In this document: positions 1 to 8,924 of the stretch, one piece after another
How the letters are laid out: each line of letters begins with the position of its first letter
Numbering within the stretch: the stretch's first letter is position 1
NCBI RefSeq assembly: GCF_006345805.1
Contig: NW_021825078.1
Span: forward strand, 1 to 16,666
DNA length: 16,666 nt
Direction of reading: 5' to 3'
Origin: Octopus sinensis
Taxonomy: Eukaryota
The notes under the pieces: generated by a model
Told to the model about the DNA's origin: nothing
The model's input: the letters and a program-made list of their open reading frames with translations, nothing else
The model's database searches: none
Translations under genes and position numbers: made by a program

Positions 1-39
1 ATATATACATACATATATATAATATCTACGCAAGGACTT

Positions 40-390
40 CATAGAGAACTTTACCGAAGAAACGACCGCCCGCCGACAGAAACATAAGCGCATTGTTAAG
101 TTTCCCTTACACCACATAAACCTGAGCTTACGTACTTTTGTTGCAATGCTGTACGTCAGGTCTGGTGCATCAAAAGAAACAACTGTTTGAACGACGGCAC
201 CATTCAATCATTTTTATATCCCAAGGAAAGAGCATCTGCGAACGAAACATATATATCAACCTTCAAGAGGCATCTTGAAAAAATGCAGGAACATGATAAA
301 GGATATTGCACTTACTATTAAAACCTGGTCATAGTATCGATAGCCCGCAGATAATAGACGACATTCTGATGAAAAGAAGATCCAAACCCA
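40..390 (+). mobile_element. Possible highly decayed mariner (DD34D) transposase fragment
   Basis: Frameshifted peptides in mariner order: (N)FTEETTARR/RNISALLS (cf. ELNERQMERR..ILLS), NDGTIQSFLYPKE (cf. GDEKW..Y.P) and DKG/ILHLLLKPGHSID at 303-341 (cf. GVIYYELLKPGETV). Matched by eye only. Confidence 0.3.
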
Positions 391-650
391 AAATTGATTG
401 AACTGTATGATTATCAATGGATGTTATAAATATCATGTGACATAATACTGAATCAATTCCTTCTCAGACGCATGTGATATCTGATAATAGTTTATGTGTT
501 ATATCTGACACATAAACATAATCCACCACCTCAAATTCGATTCCTCGATGAGGGCGTTAACTCGAATGTCATACACAAGTATTAGACGCACAGACAGAGC
601 GGACAAACAATATGTGTGTGTCTGTATGTATTTGTGTATGTGTATGTGTG

Positions 651-803
651 TGTGTGGTAAGTGGCTTGCTTCTCAAACACATGGTTCGAGGTTCAATCCC
701 ACTGCGTGGTACTTAGGGCTGGTGTCTTCTACGGTAGCCTCTGTCCCACCGACCAAAGCCTTGTGAGTGCATTCGGTGCACGGAAACTGAAAGAAGCCCG
801 TCG
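651..803 (+). mobile_element. tRNA-derived SINE family A, 5' half
   Basis: B-box-like GGTTCAATCCC and body ending GGAAACTGAAAGAAGCCCGTCG, then an (AT)n run. Homologous to copies at 9985, 10591, 12563, 14296 and 16128-16247. Confidence 0.85.
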
Positions 804-1069
804 TATATATATGTAATATATACATATATATTATATATATAATATATATATATATTATATATATATGTATATATATATATATACACATATATACATATAT
901 ATATATACATATATATATACGTATATACATATATAGGTATATATATACATATACATATATATATAGATACAACTATATATATATACATATATACAACACA
1001 TATATATATAATATTATATATACATATATATATATATAAATGTATACACACACACACATATATATATAA

Positions 1070-1115
<46 letters not shown>
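804..1115. repeat. Imperfect (AT)n/(AC)n microsatellite
   Basis: Direct inspection. Confidence 0.95.
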
Positions 1116-1120
<5 letters not shown>

Positions 1121-1128
1121 ATACTCAC

Positions 1129-1290
1129 CTTTTATCTGTTACTTGTTTCAGTCATTTGGCTGCGGTCATGCTGGGGCACCTAATTAATTTTTTAACTATG
1201 GTACTTATTCTATCGGTTTCTTTCGCCTAATCGCTAATTTGCGAGGAGGTGTACACATCAACACCGGTTGTCATGCGGTGGAGAGAATCA
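1129..1290 (-). mobile_element. SINE family A, 3' half (inverted)
   Basis: TTACTTGTTTCAGTCATTTGGCTGCGGTCATGCTGGGGCACC...TACTTATTCTATCGGT matches 15821-15990 in the same orientation. Confidence 0.85.
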
Positions 1291-1335
1291 AATATCCCCT
1301 CCCACACACACACACACACACATAGGTATACGTAT

Positions 1336-1508
1336 CTACCACCAGCACTTAAATCTGTTCCTAGAGGTTCGGCAAAAGAGAACGATAGAACAAGCACCAT
1401 GATTCAGAAAGGAAGTAAGTGCTGGGCTCAATCCTTTCGGCAAAAACTCCTCCAAAGCTGTGCACCAGCATGGCCACAGTGACATGACTGAAACACGTAA
1501 AGGATAAA
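1336..1508 (+). mobile_element. SINE family A, 3' half
   Basis: GGTTCGGCAAAAGAGAACGATAGAA...CCAGCATGGCCACAGT..ATGACTGAAACA is the reverse complement of the 3' half at 15801-15945. Confidence 0.85.
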
Positions 1509-1982
1509 AAAAAAAGGAAAACTGGTTTTCGATTAATATTCCTCGCATCTCTACTGGATCACATCTCCATACCAAGTGATTATTATTTACAAATATTTAG
1601 ATATGTTTTATAAGATGCCTTATTTATCATCTATCTCGAATTTCTTGTCAGTTCCCATTCCTCTTCAACTATATAACATCGTTTTTTTCTACAATCTCTT
1701 CCATCATTTTACACCAAGGAAATACGTAAGACAAACATCCAACCTCAAACAACAAAATCCCAATGAGAAAATAAATATATGGCAGGTTTCTTGCATAAAC
1801 ATTTTTCTGAGAGCAAAAATACATAATCAGTAATTTATCAACACCATCGCAGCTTAAAGCTTCTAATTCATCCTGATCTTATTTTTATTCTGTCTTATAA
1901 GAATATGGTACATATAACGCCTGTACTCAAACTTACCTTTCAAATTTAATCCTTCTCATACTCCATCAATCATTCACTCTTA

Positions 1983-2104
1983 GTCTCTCCGTTTCTCTCT
2001 GTTTCTGTCTCTCTCTCTATATATATGTATATAATGCATATATATATATAATATATATATATGTATATATATATACATATATATATATGTATATATTATA
2101 TATA

Positions 2105-2176
<72 letters not shown>

Positions 2177-2544
2177 CATATAGATTATATAAATATTTGG
2201 ACAGATAGATATATTATAAGATATATATTGAAATATAATATGTAAAATATAAAGTAATATATAATTATCATAATATATATATATATATATATACATATAG
2301 ATAGATATACGTATGTATATGCATATATACATATATACATGCATATATGCGGATATAAATGTATATATATGTATATATATTCATATATATATACGTATAT
2401 ATGTATATATATACATACATATATATACATGTATATAAACATATATATATATATATCCACATATATCCATATATATATCAATATACATATATATACATAT
2501 ATATTCACATATATCCATATATATATATGCATATATACACACAC

Positions 2545-2577
<33 letters not shown>

Positions 2578-2626
2578 TGCATTCACACACACACACTCAC
2601 ACACACATACTCACACACACAAACAA

Positions 2627-2670
<44 letters not shown>

Positions 2671-2700
2671 ATATATATATATATAATATATATAATAATG
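1983..2700. repeat. Compound (CT)n, (AT)n, (AC)n microsatellite region
   Basis: Direct inspection; explains the YI/CV/HT-rich ORFs. Confidence 0.95.
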
Positions 2701-3201
2701 TAATACAATATATCATAAAATATTTGTTATTCCAACATATTGTCTCATAGATCTTACTATTAGATAATTTTCACAGGATCGGTACTTCTTATCATATTCT
2801 TTAATAACTTCGAATTATTTAACATCGAAATTGTTTGAAAGCAGCAACGCATCAATTGTTACAATTGTAGTTTAACAAAACCTTATTTACAAGATATTAA
2901 TAATAAAATGTGTTTAATTAGCTCAATTGAAATAACTCCACCACAAGACGAAACATATTATTGCTTAACCGCAGTTTGTTTTCTGTTGATATTAAAACTA
3001 TTTTGAAGACAGTCATTTAAAAAGAAATTATCACAATTTCCCGGGTAAGATACTACAGATTCATTTTAATTAATACATCTCTAACACCAGAAACATAAAA
3101 CATTAATGTTCTATAAGCCATTGCTTTCGTTTTCGGATTTGGTTTCGAAGATTCTTTATGTGAGTTCGTGTGTTGAAGCATATTTTGTTGTGTCTGCACA
3201 G

Positions 3202-3243
3202 AGTCATTCCCTTTTAGTGCCTTATAAATTAACACACTCACCG
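3202..3243 (+). CDS. Candidate 42-nt internal exon (SHSLLVPYKLTHSP), unverified
   Basis: Acceptor TTTTGTTGTGTCTGCACAG, donor CCG|GTAAGG, length divisible by 3, open frame. No homology recognised. Confidence 0.15.
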
Positions 3244-3561
3244 GTAAGGTTTCCACTCATTTACTTAATTTATTCTTCTATTTTCGTTGAAAATATACAT
3301 GCTCATGTATGTATGTATGTTTGTAAGTCTATCGATACTGTTTAATTTCTCTTCTTCATAAGAAAATTTAGGTCCCCCTCTCTCTCTTTCTCTCTATCTC
3401 ACTCAGTATGTATGTCCCTGTGTGTGTGCGTGTATGTGTGCATATGTGTAGCGGAACTCATTTTACCAAACTTCTACTGGCAGCATATTTCAAAACAAAA
3501 CGCTCTCCGGCATTGTGGAATAATGCTATCATATCAATTTGGTGTCAATTCATTATACTTC

Positions 3562-3664
3562 ATTATTATTATTATTATTATTACTATTATTATTATTATT
3601 ACTATTATTATTATTATTATTATTATCATCATCATCATCATCATTATTATTATTATCATTATTA

Positions 3665-3737
<73 letters not shown>

Positions 3738-3748
3738 CATTATCATCG

Positions 3749-3809
<61 letters not shown>

Positions 3810-3849
3810 CATCATCATCATCATTATTATTATCATTACTATTATTATT
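3562..3849. repeat. (ATT)n/(ATC)n trinucleotide array
   Basis: Direct inspection. Confidence 0.97.
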
Positions 3850-4096
3850 TTCGTTTCTGATTATCAATAAGACTAATTAATCCATTATACTCTTACTGTG
3901 ACACCTCAAACTGCATATCCAAACATTCTGATTGAGCAGAATATATTTCCTGCCCGAAGGCTATGAGAATATTAGGAACGCGTTTCAACCAGTTTTCACT
4001 CAACCTAATCAAGAAGTCTAACGAATAAATTCTTCACAGTCTTATATATAAAGTTATATTAGTAAATGAATAAATAAGTGTCTATATTACAAAAAC

Positions 4097-4180
4097 ATAA
4101 TAATAATAATAATAATAATAATCATAATAATAATAATAATAATAATGATAATAATAATAATGATAATAATGATAATAATG

Positions 4181-4237
<57 letters not shown>
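4097..4237. repeat. (AAT)n array upstream of RLE element 1
   Basis: Direct inspection. Confidence 0.97.
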
Positions 4238-4238
<1 letters not shown>

Positions 4239-4680
4239 ACACAGATAGAGAAATTAAGGCCAACAGACCAGATATAGTTGTCAGAGATCATGAAGAAAAA
4301 AAATGCTTTCTAATTGATATATCAATACCGCCAGATGACAACGTGTCTCTAAAAGAAATGGAGAAACTCTCAAAATACAAAGACCTGGAAATAGAGGTAA
4401 CTAGAATGTGGAATCTGAAAACAGAAACAATTCCTATCATAGTAGGTGCATTAGGCATGATAAAAAAATATTCAGACAAATACATAACAAAAACACCAGG
4501 ACTTACAACACATGTATCATACAGAAAATTGCACTACTAGGCACTGCACACATCCTACGCAGAGCACTTTCCATACAATAACCATCAGAGCATCACAACA
4601 AATCACAGCACATACCCAAGGCACACAGAGCTGCGCTCGGTAGTGAAGTGAAAGCACGCTATAAAAATAAAACTACTGAA
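4235..4680 (+). mobile_element. 5'-truncated R4/Dong-like non-LTR retrotransposon, family 1 (restriction-like endonuclease C-terminus and 3' UTR)
   Basis: HTDREIKANRPDIVVRDHEEKKCFLIDISIPPDDNVSLKEMEKLSKYKDL...IPIIVGALG contains the RLE motifs RPD..D and K..KY. After a -1 frameshift near 4510-4519 it continues IQKIALLGTAHILRRALSIQ* (stop 4579-4581). About 100 nt of UTR follow, then (TAA)n. Confidence 0.92.
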
Positions 4681-4703
4681 TAATAATAATAATAATAATA
4701 ATG

Positions 4704-4762
<59 letters not shown>

Positions 4763-4849
4763 TATAAATCATATAGTATATTACCAGCCAATGTGTGCCA
4801 CTAATAATAATAATAATAATAATAATAATATAATGATAATAATAATAAT
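4679..4849. repeat. (TAA)n arrays between the two RLE elements, with a 35-bp unique island at 4767-4801
   Basis: Direct inspection. Confidence 0.95.
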
Positions 4850-4855
4850 CATATA

Positions 4856-5232
4856 TAGAAAATATAAAGACCTGCTCATTGAATTTGAGAAAATGTGGCA
4901 TCTCAAGGCGGTTACAATACCAGTGATCGTAGGAGCACTAGGAATGATCAAGAAGGGAACCGAAAATTATATGAGAATCATCCTTGGCTTACCATCCCTG
5001 CAAGAAGTGCAAAAGATTGTCTTAACTGGTACATCACACGTATTGAGAAGAGCATTGTCGATGTGAGAACTGTTGCTGCTCATGTATTTTAATTTAACTT
5101 AAAAAAAAAAAAATGAACGAACTATTGAGTTGGGTTTAATGGCCTACCAATGTATACTATGAGTTTCTTTGCCCTGGGGGTCGGGAAGACACTCGGCAAG
5201 AAATGGAAGCAAATTTGAAAGAAGAAAAAAAT

Positions 5233-5233
<1 letters not shown>
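4856..5233 (+). mobile_element. 5'-truncated R4/Dong-like non-LTR retrotransposon, family 2 (end of RLE domain and 3' UTR)
   Basis: KYKDLLIEFEKMWHLKAVTIPVIVGALGMIKKGTENYMRIILGLPSLQEVQKIVLTGTSHVLRRALSM* (stop ends 5066) is colinear with but diverged from element 1. It has a different, about 165-nt UTR followed by (TAA)n from 5234. Confidence 0.92.
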
Positions 5234-5283
<50 letters not shown>

Positions 5284-5325
5284 TTGATCATGATGATGAT
5301 GAGGATGGTGAGGAGAAGGAGGAGA
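5234..5325. repeat. (TAA)n grading into (GAT)n/(GAG)n
   Basis: Direct inspection. Confidence 0.9.
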
Positions 5326-5544
5326 TTAAATGATAAGATGGATCCTAAGGTTCTACAGGAACTTTCTTTCATCAATTTTGGAAAAAGATGAAATGCAAAG
5401 CTGACCTCGAAAAGTAATTAGAATATATATTGGCAACAACAACAACAACATCAACAAAAGCAACGAAATCATTCATAGCGTTCGATTGGCCTAGTGACCT
5501 GGTTTCTTAGCTTCTCCATCAAAACTAGATAAAAGATCGATAAG

Positions 5545-5969
5545 TCATCATCATAATGATCATGATCACTATCATCTCTATCGTTATCGTCGTCGTCATC
5601 ATCATCACCATCATCATCATCATCGTCATCATCATCGTTATCAACATCATCATCACCATCACTATCATCATCATCAGCAGCAGCAGCAGCAGTACCATCA
5701 CCATCATTATCATCATCTTCATTGTCGTCATCGTAATCGTCATCATCATGATCATTGTCATCACCGTCATTGCCGTCATCATGGCCATCATCTTCATCAC
5801 CATCTCTGTCGTTATTACCACCACCACTACCACCACCATCATCATCATCATCATCATCATTATCATCATCATCAACATCATTATCATTACCGTCATCACC
5901 GCGATCATCTTCATCATCATTGTCGTCACCACCACCACCACCACCACCACCACCACCACCACCATCACC

Positions 5970-6003
<34 letters not shown>

Positions 6004-6090
6004 TCATTATCATTACCGTCATCACCGTGATCATCTTCATCATCATTGTCGTCACCACCACCACCACCACCACCGCCACCACCACCACCA

Positions 6091-6145
<55 letters not shown>

Positions 6146-6163
6146 GTCGTCATCATCATCGTG
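5545..6163. repeat. Degenerate (CAT/CAC/CGT)n array with higher-order units of about 120 bp
   Basis: The motif CATTACCGTCATCACCGYGATCATCTTCATCATCATTGTCGTCACC recurs 126 bp apart (GYGATC at 5901 and 6027). A diverged unit lies near 5784. Confidence 0.92.
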
Positions 6164-6435
6164 ATCTCAATCCGAAAAAGCATTATCCTTATCTGTAACT
6201 ACGTTTTCGCGGTGTCATAACCTGTTCACATTATTCCGCTGATTCGCAAGATGAAACGATAAATCTTTCGCATCCAAATTACGTTCGACTAATATGTTGC
6301 CGGAGTCTCCAAAATATATCAAGCGACATTGCTATGGCCTGCTGTCCAGCCCGTGGACAGTGAGCAGTGAGATAGGCAGAATATCTACATTAATCTCCTC
6401 TCTTGCGCTTACTCACAAGATCTTTGAGCTCTTAT

Positions 6436-6670
6436 GAGTGGCCAACGGTAGAATCGTTAGCACGCCAGGCGAAATACTTAGCGGTATTTCGTCTGCCGAT
6501 ACGTTCTGAGTTCAAATTCCGCCGAAATCGACTTTGCCTTTCATCCTTTCGGAGTCGATTAAATAAGTACCAGTTACGCACTGGAGTTGATATAATCGTC
6601 TTAATCCGTTTGTCTGTCCTTGTTTGTCCCCTCTATATATAGCCCCTTGTGGGCAGTAAAGAAATAGGTA
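6436..6670 (+). mobile_element. tRNA-derived SINE family B (Meta-like core), tail type 1
   Basis: B box GAGTTCAAATTCC; core TCGACTTTGCCTTTCATCCTTTCGGAGTCGATTAAATAAGTACCAG resembles the MetaSINE central domain; tail ...GCCCCTTGTGGGCAGTAAAGAAATA. Confidence 0.88.
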
Positions 6671-6728
6671 TGAACCATAAAAATAATCCTGATAAGACAT
6701 TCTCCTCGTAAATATATTCCAAGTTTTT

Positions 6729-6921
6729 AAGGCGTTCAGCTGCCAGAATCGTCAGGAAGCCGGACAAAATGCTTTTCGGCGTTTCGTCCGTCTTTGCGTT
6801 TTGAGTACAAATTCCACCGAAATCGACTTTGCCTTTCATCCATTCGGGGTCGATAAATTAAGTACCAGTTGATCACTGACGGCCTCAAAATTACTGGCCT
6901 TGTCCCAAAATTTGAAATCAG
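6729..6921 (+). mobile_element. SINE family B, tail type 2 (internal deletion)
   Basis: Head AAGGCG..AGCTGCCAGAATCG, same core, tail CTGGCCTTGTCCCAAAATTTGAAATCA. Confidence 0.88.
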
Positions 6922-6935
6922 TATATTCCAGATTT

Positions 6936-7155
6936 AGAGCGGCGAGCTGGCAGAATGGTTAGCACGCCAGACGAAATACTGTACAGCATTTCGTGCGTCT
7001 TTACGTTCTGAGTTCAAATTCCGCCGGGCTCTACTTTGCTTTTCATCCTTTCAGGGTCGATAAAATACGTACCAGTTAACTACTGGGGTCGATGTAATCG
7101 CCTTATTCATTCCCTCGAAATTGCTGGCCTTGTGCCAAAATATGAAATCAACATT
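6936..7155 (+). mobile_element. SINE family B, full length
   Basis: GCGGCGAGCTGGCAGAATGGTTAGCACG (A box), GAGTTCAAATTCC (B box), core, tail GCTGGCCTTGTGCCAAAATATGAAATCAA. Confidence 0.9.
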
Positions 7156-7164
7156 AGAAGATGA

Positions 7165-7390
7165 AATGTCGATGAGCTGGCATAATTATTAGCACGCAAA
7201 ACAAGTTGCTTAGCGGCATTTCGTCCGTCGTTTCTCCTGAGTTCAAATTTCGCACCGGTCGACTTTACCTTTCATCCTTTCGGGATCGACAAAAAAAAAA
7301 GTACTGGATTAGTGTATTACATCGTCGATGCAATCCACTATCTCCCACCCTCAAAGATTCCGCCCTTCTGCCGAAATTTGGAATCAATAT
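7165..7390 (+). mobile_element. SINE family B, diverged
   Basis: GAGCTGGCATAAT, GAGTTCAAATTTCG, GTCGACTTTACCTTTCATCCTTTCGGGATCGA and a diverged tail. Confidence 0.85.
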
Positions 7391-7399
7391 ATTCCAGGT

Positions 7400-8010
7400 T
7401 TCGACTCCATAGATTCCAATCTAAAAATGCCCTGAGGAAGACAAGCATTAAGAATCGTGATAATGGAACGAAAAGCGAAGAAATATTACAATTCGTAGCA
7501 GGTTTGAATGATTTAAGAATAGAATTCTGCTGCGTAATGTAAAGATTTGCAGAAAGTCATTCGGTGCTGATCAAGAATCTGCAACAAATCCAAAATATCT
7601 AGCTCTTTCTGAAGAAAATTATCGAAGAAGGCGGATATATTGATCCACAAATATTTAAACTAGACAACACCGGATTATTTTGGAAAAGAATAACCTGAAT
7701 AAGTTAGATTCCTAAAAATGAAAACAAAATTTTAACCAAAATTTTAAAGTGTAACTCGTTTGACTATTTTATTTTCGAAGAATTCAGTTGGAGTTTTCGA
7801 GTTAAAAATCAATGTTTGAATTCCGTCATTCAAAATATCTACATTTACTCAATGTCTACAAGTACCGATAAATTCTGATATTTTGGCTGCCAATGCAAAA
7901 CTAATTCTTGGGCGACCAAATGTCTTTACGAAGAATGTTTTTCTACGTATTATTAACCGGTTGTCGAAAAAATATTATAAGCAAAATAATAATGCCCTTA
8001 AATATTTCGT
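7400..8010 (+). pseudogene. Decayed Tigger/pogo (CENP-B HTH + DDE_1) transposase, segment 1
   Basis: QFVA/(W)FE*FKNRILLRNVKICRKSFGADQESA; FLKKIIEEGGYIDPQIFKLDNTGLFWKR at 7606-7689 (cf. LKKIIEEGGY..EQVFNADETGLFWK); RLTILFSKNSVGVFELK at 7757-7807 (cf. RLTLLLCGNAAGDFKLK); KYYKQNN. Multiple stops and frameshifts. Confidence 0.88.
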
Positions 8011-8384
8011 TGGCATGGTTTGTAAGATTCTTGATACTAATTCGTATATTGAATCATATTTTGTTGTATTTTGGGAGGGTCATTATGTCAATAATAAAAA
8101 TACGCACTGGTTTAATTTTACTTGTTTATTATTTGCCTGAATGAAGTAGACCCGAAGCTGACCTGAAGTATTTCATTGAAGAGACTGCAAATGGTGAGGA
8201 AAGGACTCGGGCAAACACAGCTGATTGATGGATTAACCGAAAGATTAATCAAACAATTAATTCATTAGTTTGATTAAACAGCTAACCAATTGACGAAAAA
8301 TCATAAAGGAGTCAAAGTGAATCAGTGAGTGTGTTTATCACTGGCATAATGACCCTCCCGTGAAGCAACATAAAATACATTGAA

Positions 8385-8503
8385 ACCATTACGAATTTAT
8401 TGTAGATAATACACCCAGTCATCCAACTACACGCAACTATTTTTGTGTGAAAATATAAGTCATCTTTTTTACTGCTGAATACGGCAGCATTATTACAAGT
8501 AAT
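8385..8503 (+). pseudogene. Tigger/pogo DDE_1 relic, segment 2 (second catalytic D)
   Basis: FIVDNTPSHP (D at 8405-8407; cf. LILDNAPGHP), then after frameshifts VIF/LLLNTAALLQ (cf. VVFLPPNTTSLIQ). Confidence 0.8.
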
Positions 8504-8718
8504 AAAGTGGGTTGCAGAATCTTTAAGGTATCGGAAAAAATTCCTCGCAGTATTTGTTCCGACTCATTACGCCCTGAGTTTAAATCCCGCCGCAATCAGT
8601 TATGCCTTTCCTTTCTCCAGGACCATTAAAATGGAATGCCACCTAAGATATGCGGGCGATGATTTCGACTGACTTTTAACAAATTCTGTCTAAACTTCGG
8701 CCAAAATTTGAACCAAAC
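8504..8718 (+). mobile_element. SINE family B, old and diverged
   Basis: GCAGAAT head, CTGAGTTTAAATCCCGCCG B box, TGCCTTTC core remnant, CCAAAATTTGAACCAA tail. Confidence 0.65.
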
Positions 8719-8721
8719 TTG

Positions 8722-8920
8722 TTGAATCGGTAGAATGGTCAGAGAAAAATATTTTACAATATTTTTTTCTGGCTCTTTTCGTCCTGAGTTCAAATCACAC
8801 CGAGACCAAGTATGCTTTTCATTACTACGGGTCGATAAAATAAGGTACCATGAAAATACTGGGGTCGATATAATCGATTAACGCCCTTCCCTTTAAATTT
8901 AGTGAACTTATACCTAAATC
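8722..8920 (+). mobile_element. SINE family B, diverged
   Basis: CTGAGTTCAAATC and TGCTTTTCAT..GGGTCGATAAAATAAGGTACC..ACTGGGGTCGATATAATCGA. Confidence 0.8.
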
Positions 8921-8924
8921 TGTC

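Noticed and set aside
543-570. Hammerhead-like CTCGATGAG..CTCGAAT (also degenerate cores near 13606-13630 and 15300-15320 on the minus strand)
   Set aside because: Conserved core nucleotides are violated and no flanking stems I/III are evident.
673-2703. Many YI/CV/HT-rich ORFs (also at 12288-12759 and 13308-14417)
   Set aside because: They are translations of dinucleotide microsatellites, which lack stop codons by construction.
3408-3880. Poly-I/L/Y/N ORFs resembling membrane or prion-like proteins
   Set aside because: These are reading frames of the (ATT)n array.
4145-4237. Poly-Ile N-termini on the RLE ORFs (also 4701-4855) as signal or TM segments
   Set aside because: The ATGs come from ATG variants within (ATA)n; these are chance fusions to truncated retroelements.
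5525-6164. 188-202 aa Met/Val-, Ile/Thr- or His-rich protein
   Set aside because: Several frames on both strands are open because of triplet composition; I saw no splice or homology support.
6436-7390. CRISPR-like or tRNA gene array
   Set aside because: The units are diverged SINEs of about 200 bp that also occur dispersed in the window; there is no repeat-spacer structure and no complete cloverleaf.
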